From: an uncultured Gammaproteobacteria bacterium
GTDB lineage: Bacteria; Pseudomonadota; Gammaproteobacteria; Steroidobacterales; Rariloculaceae
Direction: 5' to 3'
Length of the DNA: 64,000 nt
Assembly: GCA_963786385.1 (NCBI GenBank)
Contig: CAWAYS010000005.1
Coordinates: 96,527 to 160,526, forward strand
This document shows positions 17,110-25,682 of the stretch, piece by piece. Under the pieces are notes generated by a model. The model was not told the DNA's origin. It ran no database searches and saw nothing but the letters and a program-made list of their open reading frames with translations. Positions within the stretch are counted from its first letter, which is position 1, and every line of letters begins with the position of its first letter. The position numbers and the translations under genes are program-made.

Positions 17110-18936
17110 ATGCATAAGTCTTCGTCAAGCTTGTCGCCCGTGCAGCGCTATCTCGACGAGCTCCATGCCGAGCTCGCATCGATGACCGAGGGTGCGGTGG
17201 CGAGCTACATCCCCGAGCTCACGCGTGCCGATCCGGCGTGGCTCGGCATCTCGATCGTCACCGTGGACGGTTATCGATACGAGGCCGGGGACACGCGGCA
17301 ACCGTTCACGATTCAATCCATCTCCAAAGCGCTCGTCTACGGACTCGCGTTGGAAGACCGTGGGCTCGACGCCGTGCTCGGCAAGGTCGGCGTCGAGCCC
17401 ACGGGCGAAGCGTTCAACTCGATCAGCCTCGAGCCGGAAACGGGCCGGCCGTTGAACCCGATGATCAACGCGGGGGCCATCGCCACCACCGGGTTGATCG
17501 AAGGCGCCGACGAAGCGGCGCGGATGCAGCGCATCCTGGCGGCTTTCGGGCGCTATACGGGCTCGGCCGTGGACATCGACGACAAGGTCTATGCGTCGGA
17601 GAGTGCGACGGGGCATCGCAACCGCGCGATCGCGCATCTGCTCTACGGGCACGGCGTGCTCGACCGCGCCCCCGACGAGGTGCTCGATCTGTACTTCCGG
17701 CAATGCTCGATTCTCGTGACCGCCACGGACCTCGCGCTCATGGCCGCATGCCTCGCCAACAGCGGCGTGAATCCCGTGACGGGTGTGACCGCGCTCGAGC
17801 GGCCGTACGTCGAAAAGGTGCTCAGCGTCATGAGCACTTGCGGCATGTACGACTATTCGGGCGAGTGGGTGTTCAACGTCGGCTTGCCGGCCAAGAGCGG
17901 TGTCGGCGGCGGCATCATGGCCGTGCTGCCCGGGCAATTCGGCCTCGGCGTGTTCTCGCCGCGGCTCGATCCGAAGGGCAACAGCGTTCGCGGCATCGAA
18001 GCGTGCAAACGCGTGTCGAAGGACTTCGACGTGCATTTGTTCAGCGTCGCGAGATCGACGTCGGCGACGGTCATCCGCGCCGTGTACGACGGCTCCGAGT
18101 TTCGCTCGCGCCGCCGCCGCGTGGCGGTCGAGGATCGACACCTCGAGGCGGTCGGTGCCCGGATTCGGATCTACGAGCTTCGCGGCCAGCTCATGTTCGG
18201 TGCGACGGAATCGGTCGCGCAGCAAATCCTGGCGTCGATGGGCGAGCTCGACTTCCTCGTCATCGACTTGCAGAGGGTCTTCCACGTCGACGGCGCGGCC
18301 GCCTCGATTCTCGCGACGCTGACGGCAACGTTGCTCGAGCGCGGCAAGAGGGTCGTGTTCGCAGGGGCCGGCAGCCACGATCGTTTGCTGAGCGGGCTCG
18401 AGGCGCTCGGCACCGAGGAGCCGGGTTGGTGCGCGTTCGACGACGTCGACCGCGCGGTCGAATGGTGCGAGGACCGTCTTCTCGGCGTCGAGCATGCGCC
18501 CGTGTCCGCTGCCGAGGAGCTCGACCTCGCGACTCACCATCTGTGTGCCGGGCTCACAGGCGAAGAGTTGTCGGTGTTGCGGGACGCGGCGCGGCGAGTT
18601 CGCTTCGCAGCCGGTGAGACCGTGTTCCGCGCGGCCGATTCCGCGACGTCGTTCTTTTTCGTGCTCGACGGCGAGGTCGAGGTGATCGTTGCGACCGGCG
18701 CGGACAGTCGGCTGCGAGTGACCACGATCGGTTCGGGGATGTGCTTCGGCGAGCTCGCCGTGCTCACGCAAGGCACCCGTTCGGCCGACGTCGTCGCTTC
18801 GCGCGCCACGCTGTGCCTGGAAATACCGTTCGAGTCGCTCGACGGCACGCTCGAGCGCAAGCTGCTTTCCAATCTCACCGCCTATCTCGCGCGCAAGGTC
18901 GTCAGCGACACCGAGTTGCTGCAGCGCATCGCCTAG
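17110..18936 (+). CDS. glsA: glutaminase A fused to STAS and cyclic-nucleotide-binding domains
   Basis: 608 aa, AGGAG upstream. Glutaminase core (VASYIPELTRADP...FTIQSISKALVYGLALEDRG...NPMINAGAI...GLPAKSGVGGGIMAVLPG). A STAS-like segment (RIRIYELRGQLMFGATESV...LDFLVIDLQRVFHVDGAAASILATL). A cNMP-binding segment (FAAGETVFRAADSATSFFFVLDGEVEV...GMCFGELAVLTQGTRSADVVA). Confidence 0.85.
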   Translation: MHKSSSSLSPVQRYLDELHAELASMTEGAVASYIPELTRADPAWLGISIVTVDGYRYEAGDTRQPFTIQSISKALVYGLALEDRGLDAVLGKVGVEPTGEAFNSISLEPETGRPLNPMINAGAIATTGLIEGADEAARMQRILAAFGRYTGSAVDIDDKVYASESATGHRNRAIAHLLYGHGVLDRAPDEVLDLYFRQCSILVTATDLALMAACLANSGVNPVTGVTALERPYVEKVLSVMSTCGMYDYSGEWVFNVGLPAKSGVGGGIMAVLPGQFGLGVFSPRLDPKGNSVRGIEACKRVSKDFDVHLFSVARSTSATVIRAVYDGSEFRSRRRRVAVEDRHLEAVGARIRIYELRGQLMFGATESVAQQILASMGELDFLVIDLQRVFHVDGAAASILATLTATLLERGKRVVFAGAGSHDRLLSGLEALGTEEPGWCAFDDVDRAVEWCEDRLLGVEHAPVSAAEELDLATHHLCAGLTGEELSVLRDAARRVRFAAGETVFRAADSATSFFFVLDGEVEVIVATGADSRLRVTTIGSGMCFGELAVLTQGTRSADVVASRATLCLEIPFESLDGTLERKLLSNLTAYLARKVVSDTELLQRIA

Positions 18937-18992
18937 CGCGAGGGTCGGCGCGCAGCCGACGACCCGGAGCGGAGCGCTCGAGATCCCGGTCG

Positions 18993-19751
18993 CTACCGTG
19001 TGACGGCAGCGGTCGCGCCGAGCACGAGCCGCGCCTGCGCCGTGCACCCTCGCGCGGCGAGCCAAGCGGCCGTCGTCAGTCCCTTGTCGGTGAGCTCGGG
19101 CGCCAGCGTGTGCACGCGGATTGCGGTGGAGCGCAGCTCGCCGGCCGGGCGCACGAGGTAGACATGGTCGTCGAGCGGTTGCGCGGCCAGCGGCCACTTT
19201 GCGCTCGTCTCGTCGGTGCGCCAACGCACGGGCGCAGACTCGCGCGCCGCGACGTCGGTGACTTCGGCGCTCGCCGGCGGACCCGCCTGCTCGCGCCACA
19301 GCCGCACGGGAGTGTCGCGAACCACACATTGATCGCCGGTGATTTCCGTGTGCAACAGCCACGGGTCGGGCCGCGTGTCGGCGAGCAACTCGCGAGCCTC
19401 GGAGCCTCCGCGGACGCCGCCGAGGCCGCCGGCTTCGGCCGGTCCGGCGCCGAGCAGTTGCCGAATTGCGCGGCGCACGTTGCTTTCCTCGGAGTCGGAC
19501 GGCGCGTCGGGCGCGTCGGTGGCCACGCCGGTGTATGGCCCTGAGATTCTGAGGATTCTGCCGTCCTCCGTGGCGAGCAGCACGAACTCGCGCTCGTCGA
19601 GGGAGATCACGGTCGACAGGTCGAATGTCTGACCGGCCGTGTACCTCGCGTTGTTGGACTCGAGCACCACCTGCTCGGCCGCTCGCGCCGTGGCGATCGC
19701 CGAGAAGGCACCGATCAGGTAGACCGCGATGCGGACGCGAGCCTTCATCAT
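18993..19751 (-). CDS. secreted protein of unknown family, translationally coupled to the CHASE2 cyclase
   Basis: This is the last ~252 codons of track ORF 18993..20996; the rest of that ORF overlaps the cyclase out of frame. GGAGGAG precedes ATGATG (19751/19748), which overlaps the cyclase stop TGA 19750-19748. Signal peptide MKARVRIAVYLIGAFSAIATARA/AEQ, an acidic/Gly-rich linker, and two Cys. The N-terminal part is vaguely FecR-like. The gene sits where I recall a DUF928 protein in related clusters. Neither assignment is verified. Confidence 0.6.
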   Translation of the reverse strand: MMKARVRIAVYLIGAFSAIATARAAEQVVLESNNARYTAGQTFDLSTVISLDEREFVLLATEDGRILRISGPYTGVATDAPDAPSDSEESNVRRAIRQLLGAGPAEAGGLGGVRGGSEARELLADTRPDPWLLHTEITGDQCVVRDTPVRLWREQAGPPASAEVTDVAARESAPVRWRTDETSAKWPLAAQPLDDHVYLVRPAGELRSTAIRVHTLAPELTDKGLTTAAWLAARGCTAQARLVLGATAAVTR

Positions 19752-21676
19752 TTCTCCTCCAACACCACCCGGATGCCGGCGTCGCCGCGCTGCAGCCGGC
19801 CCAAGTGAAATGCAATCAATCCGTCGCCGGGCAATCGTGCGTGGAGCGATTCGAACAGCTGCACGCTGACCGGATCGCTCTGCGCGAGTGCCGCATAGGC
19901 TAGAAGATAGTCCTGCAGGTGCCCGTCCGCCAGCCCGTCGCACAACGTCACACACTCGATGCCCTGGCTTTTGCCTTTGAGCACGAGATGCGCGACCGGT
20001 CGAAGCGCGTGCTCCGGGCAGTGGCGGGCCGTGTCGATGCTGATGCAGACCCGTGTGCCGAGGTGCTTGTTGACGCTTTCGAGGCGCGCGGCCGTGTTCA
20101 CGCAGTCGCCGTGGGCCGTGTAATGGAAACGTGTCGTGCTGCCGACGTTGCCGACGACGGCGGTGCCCGAATGCACACCGATTCGGGTCGCCCCCATCGG
20201 CACACCGTTGGCGATGCGGTCCGCGCGAAAGGCCTCGCAGTAGCGATCGAGTGCCAACGCGCAGCGAACGGCGCGCTGCGCGTGGTCGGGCTGATCCGCC
20301 GGGGCGTTGAAGAACACCGCGATGCTGTCGCCGACCAGCCGGTCGACCGTGGCGCCGTGCGAGAGGGCGATCTGCAACATTCCCTCGAAGTAATCGTGAA
20401 GCAAGCCCACCACGGCTTCCGGTGTGGTTTGCTCCGCGAGTTTCGTGAAGTCGGCGAGATCGGAGAAGATGAAGCTCATCTCGCGCTTCTCGCCGCCGAG
20501 CACGAGCTTGTCCGGATTGTCGAGCACGTGATCGATCACGGCAGGCGAGACATAGCGCTGAAAGGCGGCCCGCACGAAGCGCTTCTCGGCGATGTCCACA
20601 TGCCGCGCGTAAGCGCCGCCGAAGCTCGCGCCGAGCGCGAGCCCGAGGCTCGGCGCCAAGAGCGGCAGCTGGACGCCGCCGGCCGCGAAATACGCGGTTG
20701 CGAGCGCCCAGAACGACAGCAGGCCGCCGACGCCGATGACGATCTTGGTCCACGGTTTCAGGTGCGTGAACGTGAGAGCGAATCCCGCGACGGCCACGGC
20801 GGCCAGCACGAGCGCTTGTAGCCACTCGGAGGTTTCCGGATAGCGCTCGCCGTCGAGCAATTGCGAGAAGGCCTGTGCGTGAATCATCGTGCCCGCCATC
20901 GTCGACTGCGCGCCGCCGAGCGCCGAGAGCGGCGTGCGAAAGCGGTCTTCGTTCGGCAGTTGGGCGCCGATGAGCACGACGCGGCCGCCGAGCCACGCCG
21001 TGGGAAGTTTCTCGGCGCTCGCGGCCGGGAACGCGCGCAGCGGCGGTTTGTCGGCGCTCGGCGCGCGGTAGTAGATGCGCTCGCGCGCGGCCGGCGGCGC
21101 AACGCCTACGGCAGTCGCGAGGGCGGCGGCGAAGCTCGGAATCCGACCGTTCTCGGCCGGCTCGCGCGGGTACAGAAACCGCACGACGCCGTCGACCGTG
21201 TGCAGCGTGGCGGATCCCACGCTCCGGCCGTCGAGATAGTGCGTTTGAAAGTCGAGCTGCCGGTCGGTCAGGCCGTTGTCTCGCGTGCCGACGGCGATCA
21301 CGACGGGGGCCGGAAAGTCGTCGAGCGCGTCGAGCAGCGCTTGGTCGTCGTCGGGCGTGGTCGGTTGATCGAAGATGACGTCGATGCCGACCGCGCGCGG
21401 TCTCTTCGGCGCAAGGCTCTGCAATATGTCAGCTAGGAACCGCCGGCTGATCGGCGAGCGGAACGGCAGCGTCGCGAGCGCGTCCTCGTCGATGCTCAGG
21501 ATCACGACGTCGTCGCTCGGCTCGCGCGCGGGACCGAAATACGCGAGCTGCAGATCCTCCAGCAGCGCGGAGCTGGCTCGCAGCACGGCGATATGACTCG
21601 TCCCCGCCCAGGTCAGCAGGACGGTCAGGCCGCAGAGGACGGCGCTCACGAATAGTCGACGATGAGGTTTTTTCAT
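19748..21676 (-). CDS. CHASE2 sensor domain / class III adenylate-guanylate cyclase
   Basis: 642 aa. N-terminal TM (LFVSAVLCGLTVLLTWAG). CHASE2-like periplasmic region (VVILSIDEDALATLPFRSPISRRFLADIL...AVGIDVIFDQP). A block of three TM helices. Cyclase core (MSFIFSDLADFTKL...RLVGDSIAVFFNAP...RIGVHSGTAVVGNVG...YTAHGDCVNTAARLES). Confidence 0.9.
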   Translation of the reverse strand: MKKPHRRLFVSAVLCGLTVLLTWAGTSHIAVLRASSALLEDLQLAYFGPAREPSDDVVILSIDEDALATLPFRSPISRRFLADILQSLAPKRPRAVGIDVIFDQPTTPDDDQALLDALDDFPAPVVIAVGTRDNGLTDRQLDFQTHYLDGRSVGSATLHTVDGVVRFLYPREPAENGRIPSFAAALATAVGVAPPAARERIYYRAPSADKPPLRAFPAASAEKLPTAWLGGRVVLIGAQLPNEDRFRTPLSALGGAQSTMAGTMIHAQAFSQLLDGERYPETSEWLQALVLAAVAVAGFALTFTHLKPWTKIVIGVGGLLSFWALATAYFAAGGVQLPLLAPSLGLALGASFGGAYARHVDIAEKRFVRAAFQRYVSPAVIDHVLDNPDKLVLGGEKREMSFIFSDLADFTKLAEQTTPEAVVGLLHDYFEGMLQIALSHGATVDRLVGDSIAVFFNAPADQPDHAQRAVRCALALDRYCEAFRADRIANGVPMGATRIGVHSGTAVVGNVGSTTRFHYTAHGDCVNTAARLESVNKHLGTRVCISIDTARHCPEHALRPVAHLVLKGKSQGIECVTLCDGLADGHLQDYLLAYAALAQSDPVSVQLFESLHARLPGDGLIAFHLGRLQRGDAGIRVVLEEK

Positions 21677-21719
21677 CTATGCGGGGACGACGACCGAAGA
21701 CTTTGCGATTTATGTCCGT

Positions 21720-23972
21720 ATGCTAGAGTCGGGCGCAAAGCTCGGGACAAGAACGAATGCGAAGCCCCGCCCGCGCCATGCTCACTCGCTACGTACGCCT
21801 CTTCGCCGGCCTCTTGCCGGCGCCATCGGCGTGTTCTCGTTCGTGGCCGCACCGTCGGCGTCGGCCGCCGACGCCGGTTGCGCCGAGATCGCCGGTTCCG
21901 TCGCTTCCGTGGAGCGCTCCATTCGGTCGGCCGATTGTTATGAGGCGTCCGGTCAGCCTCAGCGTGCTCTGGATTTGCTGCAAGCGGCGCTCCGGCAAAA
22001 CGTCGGTGACGGGCCAGAGGATCTGGCCAGGACTATAACCATCCACGGCCGTCTTGGCCAAGTGCACGCCGCGCTCGGCGAGTACCCGGCGGCAATTGCG
22101 GAGCTTTCGAAAGGCGTCGATGCGGCGGCCGGCTCGGGACGCACCGCCGATGCCGCGCCGCTGCTGAACGATCTCGGCCGGGCCTATATGTCGATCGACG
22201 AGCCGCTGCGCGGCCTCGCGGCGTTTGCCGACGGCGAGCGGCTCGCGGGCGAGAACACGCTGCTGCGGCTGACCGCGCAAACGAACCTCGCGCGGGCAAT
22301 GCGCGAGTCGGGTGCTGTCGAAGGTTTTGCCGACAGGCTCGCGACGATTCGAGCGGCGGTGTCGACACTCGATGCATCGCCGGCCAAGATCTCGATTCTT
22401 CTGTCGCTGGCGGAGTTGTACCGGGGCTACGCAACCGACGCGCCGAGCCCGCAGGACGTGCGTCGGCGTGCCAATGCGTTTGCCGCCGAGGCCGTCGAGC
22501 AAGCCCGCGGCTTCGGCGATCGAACTTTGCTCGCCGACGCCTACGGCGAGCTCGGGGCGTCGTATGCCGATCTCGGCGAGAGCGAGCGTGCGCTGACGGC
22601 GACGCGGCGAGCAGTTCTCGCGGCCGAGACCGTCGGCGCGGACGACAGTCTCTATCGTTGGGAGTGGCAATCCGGCAGGCTGCTGCGTCGGCTCGGCCGG
22701 GAGCGCGAGGCGTTGACCGCCTATCGGGTGGCTATCGACACGCTCGATCGAGCTCAGGCCGGGCTCGTGAGCTCGAGGCGACGATTCCGTCGCGACGTTT
22801 TGCCGCTCTACGAGCAGTACGCGGATCTGATGCTCACCGACGCGCGACAGCTGCCGCCCGAGCAGCTGCCGGCCGCGTTGCAGCAAGTTCAGCAGACCGT
22901 CGAGCGGCTGCGCGTCGCGGAGGTTCGCAACTACTTCGAGAACCAGTGCGCCGTGCCCGAGGTTTTCGATGCGTCGCGGCCTCGGCCCGACAACGTGGTC
23001 GTCATCTATCCACTGTTGTTCGCCGATCGCACGGAGCTGCTCGTGAGTGCGCGCGACAAGCTTTTTCAGTTCACCGTGCGCGTGCCGCTCGACCGGCTCA
23101 CGAGCGAGATTAGGCTGCTGCGCACGGCGATCGAGGATCCCGCGTCCGGTGATGCCTATCTGGCGGACGCACGACGGCTCTATGACTGGCTCATCGCGCC
23201 GCTCGAGCCGCTGCTGCGCGAAGCCGAGCCCGACACGATCGTATTCGTTCCCGACGGGCCGCTGCGCACGATACCGCTCGCCGTGCTCAACGACGGGCAA
23301 CGCTTCCTCGTCGAGCGCTACGCGCTGGCCACGACGCCCGGGCTCTCGTTGGTCGGCACCGTGAACGCCGAGCCCGTGACGCGCGCGCTCGTCAACGGGC
23401 TGGTCGAGCCCGCGCAAGGGTTCCCGGGGCTGCCGTTCGTGGCCGAAGAGCTCGAGCACGTGAAGGAAACGGTGCCGTCGCGCGTGTATCGAGACGACGG
23501 CTTCGTCACGGCTACGCTCGAGAAGGAGATTCTCGACGGCGGCTATTCGATCGTTCACTTCGCCACGCACGCCGAGTTCGAATCCGATTACCGGCGCTCG
23601 TTTCTGCTCACACACGACGACGTCATCACCATGGACGAGCTCGAGGACATCGTAGGCAGCCAGCGTTACACGGAGCACCCCGTGGATCTCTTGGTGCTCA
23701 GCGCGTGCCAGACTGCGGCCGGCGAAGACCGCGCGGCGCTCGGCTTGGCCGGCGTGGCCGTGAAGGCCGGCGCGCGCAGCGCGCTCGCATCGCTGTGGTT
23801 CGTCAACGACCAATCCACGGCTCTGCTCGTGTCGGAGTTCTATAAGGAGCTGGCCGGCGCGTCGACGAAAGCCGGCGCGCTGCGCGGCGCCCAACTGTTG
23901 CTGCTCAACGATGAGCGGTATCGGCACCCGGCGTACTGGGCGCCGTTTCTCATGATCGGCAATTGGCGGTAG
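21720..23972 (+). CDS. exported TPR-repeat CHAT-domain (caspase-fold) protein
   Basis: 750 aa. Signal-like N-terminus (RRPLAGAIGVFSFVAAPSASA/AD). About 350 aa of TPR-like helical repeats (LNDLGRAYMSIDEPLRGLAAF; LADAYGELGASYADLGESERALTATRRAV). C-terminal CHAT domain with His/Cys dyad contexts YSIVHFATHAEF and VDLLVLSACQTAAGE. Ends HPAYWAPFLMIGNWR. Confidence 0.9.
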   Translation: MLESGAKLGTRTNAKPRPRHAHSLRTPLRRPLAGAIGVFSFVAAPSASAADAGCAEIAGSVASVERSIRSADCYEASGQPQRALDLLQAALRQNVGDGPEDLARTITIHGRLGQVHAALGEYPAAIAELSKGVDAAAGSGRTADAAPLLNDLGRAYMSIDEPLRGLAAFADGERLAGENTLLRLTAQTNLARAMRESGAVEGFADRLATIRAAVSTLDASPAKISILLSLAELYRGYATDAPSPQDVRRRANAFAAEAVEQARGFGDRTLLADAYGELGASYADLGESERALTATRRAVLAAETVGADDSLYRWEWQSGRLLRRLGREREALTAYRVAIDTLDRAQAGLVSSRRRFRRDVLPLYEQYADLMLTDARQLPPEQLPAALQQVQQTVERLRVAEVRNYFENQCAVPEVFDASRPRPDNVVVIYPLLFADRTELLVSARDKLFQFTVRVPLDRLTSEIRLLRTAIEDPASGDAYLADARRLYDWLIAPLEPLLREAEPDTIVFVPDGPLRTIPLAVLNDGQRFLVERYALATTPGLSLVGTVNAEPVTRALVNGLVEPAQGFPGLPFVAEELEHVKETVPSRVYRDDGFVTATLEKEILDGGYSIVHFATHAEFESDYRRSFLLTHDDVITMDELEDIVGSQRYTEHPVDLLVLSACQTAAGEDRAALGLAGVAVKAGARSALASLWFVNDQSTALLVSEFYKELAGASTKAGALRGAQLLLLNDERYRHPAYWAPFLMIGNWR

Positions 23973-25660
23973 CTCGGCGCATGGATACGTTGCGCGCACT
24001 CCGTTTCGCCACGGCTTCGGCATTATCTTCGCTCGCACTGCTGTCGGCGACGCCGCTGCTCGCGCAACCGTCTTCGGCGGCGCCGGACGCGGCCGGGGCC
24101 GGGATCGAGGCCGCGACCGTGCGCGCTGCCTTGCCGGAGGCCGAGGCGGAGTCTCTGGCGACGGTCGGTGCCGTGCACGTGTCGGCCATTCGTGTGCAAG
24201 GCTCCACGGTGTTCACGCCCGATGAGCTCGCGGCGCTCGCGGCGCCCTACTCGAATCGAACGGTGACCATCGAGGAGCTGCACGAGCTGCGCCATGCGCT
24301 GTCGAGTGCCTACGTCGACCGCGGCTACGTGACCTCCGGCGTGATCCTGCCCGACCAGCAAGTAGTCGACGGCGTCATCGTGCTGCAAGCCGTCGAGGGC
24401 CGGCTCGCGGACATCGAGATCGTCGGCAACCGGCGCATGCGCGAGCGCGCGATCGCGCGCCGCGTCACGCGCTACGTGCAAGCGCCCGTCGACATCGACG
24501 ACCTCGAGGTCGGCTTGCTGTCGCTGCAGCGCGAGCCACCCGTCGAGCGCGTGAACGCGCAGCTGCTGCCCGGCGCGACGATAGGCGAAAGCCATCTGCG
24601 GCTCGCCGTGACCGAGCGGCCGGCGTTGACGTTCGAGGTCACGGCCGCGAACGACCGCTCGCCGAGCGTCGGCGAGAACCGCGGCACGGTGGCGCTGACC
24701 TACGGCGGCTTGGTCGGCAACGGCGACGCGCTGACCGGCCGTTTCGGCTTGACGCGCGGCGTACAGGACGATGCGATCTCGTACCGCGTGCCGCTCGGGC
24801 CGCGCGACACGCAGCTCGACGTTTCGCTGTCCGATCAGCAAGCCGACATCGTGGAAGAGCCGTTCGACGCCATCGATATCAAGAGCCGCTTGAAAGCTTG
24901 GAGTTTGACCGCCACGCATCCGTTCGTCGCGGAGCCCGACCGCTCGTTCAGCGGCATCCTGGGCTTCGAGCACAAGCGCAGCGAGAGCACGCTGCTCGGC
25001 ATGCCGTTCTCGTTCTCGCCCGGCGACGTGGGCGGCAAGGCGCGCGGCAGCGCCGTGTCCGTCGGCGCGGAGGTCACTCGGCGCCGCGATTCGACGGCTT
25101 GGGCCGCTCGCGCCGTCGTGCAACTCGGTGTCGACGCGCTCGATGCCACGATCAACGCCGCCGGACCCGACAGCGAGTTCGCGACGCTGCTCGTGCAGGC
25201 GCAATTCGCGCGCGCCATCGCATGGCGCCGTAGCCGGCTGCTCGTGCGCGGCGTGGTGCAACGCGCGGGTGAGCCGCTGCTCGCGATGTACAAGATGCCG
25301 CTCGGCGGACGCTACAGCGTGCGCGGCTATCGCGAGAATCAATTCGTTCGCGACAACGGCGTTGCGGCGTCGATCGAGTATCAGTTCCCGCTCATCGTCG
25401 ACGAAACGGGCCGCGCTCGCGATGAGCTCAAGCTCGCCGTGTTCTCCGACTACGGGGTGTCGTGGGACGAGGACGCGTCGCTGCCGACGTCGCGCAAAGC
25501 GCGAATCGCGAGTGCGGGATTGGGTCTGCTCTGGGCGCCGACGCCGGGTTTCCACGCGGACGTCTACTGGGGTGCGGCGTTCGACGAGCAACCCCATCCA
25601 ACGACCACGGCGCAGGACCGTGGGTTTCACTATCAGCTCGGATTCAACAGATCGTTTTGA
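23963..25660 (+). CDS. ShlB/FhaC/HecB-family two-partner-secretion transporter (TpsB)
   Basis: 565 aa from TTG 23963 (overlaps the CHAT stop by 10 nt) or 559 aa from ATG 23981. Signal peptide (ALSSLALLSATPLLAQP). POTRA region (IRVQGSTVFTPDELAALAAPYSNRTVTIEELHELRHALSSAYVDRGYVTSGVILPDQQ). Beta-barrel region ending in the aromatic terminus ...HYQLGFNRSF. Confidence 0.9.
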   Translation: MAVARRMDTLRALRFATASALSSLALLSATPLLAQPSSAAPDAAGAGIEAATVRAALPEAEAESLATVGAVHVSAIRVQGSTVFTPDELAALAAPYSNRTVTIEELHELRHALSSAYVDRGYVTSGVILPDQQVVDGVIVLQAVEGRLADIEIVGNRRMRERAIARRVTRYVQAPVDIDDLEVGLLSLQREPPVERVNAQLLPGATIGESHLRLAVTERPALTFEVTAANDRSPSVGENRGTVALTYGGLVGNGDALTGRFGLTRGVQDDAISYRVPLGPRDTQLDVSLSDQQADIVEEPFDAIDIKSRLKAWSLTATHPFVAEPDRSFSGILGFEHKRSESTLLGMPFSFSPGDVGGKARGSAVSVGAEVTRRRDSTAWAARAVVQLGVDALDATINAAGPDSEFATLLVQAQFARAIAWRRSRLLVRGVVQRAGEPLLAMYKMPLGGRYSVRGYRENQFVRDNGVAASIEYQFPLIVDETGRARDELKLAVFSDYGVSWDEDASLPTSRKARIASAGLGLLWAPTPGFHADVYWGAAFDEQPHPTTTAQDRGFHYQLGFNRSF

Positions 25661-25682
25661 CGGATACGGGAGAGGGAGTACG

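Noticed and set aside
18937-18992. Possible bidirectional terminator hairpin GTCGGC-gcgca-GCCGAC (18944-18960) between the convergent glsA and secreted-protein genes
   Set aside because: The stem is short and there is no flanking T/A run, so it cannot be distinguished from chance GC-rich complementarity without folding energies or 3'-end mapping.
17125-19815. 896-aa reverse ORF spanning the glutaminase gene and the secreted-protein gene
   Set aside because: It is Arg-rich nonsense composition. It overlaps two well-supported genes on opposite strands.
18993-20996. 667-aa track ORF as a single gene
   Set aside because: Only the last ~252 codons (from ATGATG at 19751/19748, preceded by GGAGGAG) look like protein. 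The upstream two-thirds overlaps the cyclase gene out of frame.
21789-24038. 749-aa reverse ORF antisense to the CHAT gene (and 24023..25891, 25791..28715 antisense to TpsB/TpsA)
   Set aside because: There are no motifs, the amino-acid composition is extreme, and the forward-strand genes have unambiguous domain signatures.
25128-25682. N-terminal 185 codons of track ORF 25128..28658 as part of the TpsA-like protein
   Set aside because: This stretch overlaps the 3' third of the TpsB gene in another frame and is Arg/Ser-rich. The TPS signal peptide and an RBS-preceded GTG at 25683 give a conventional start.
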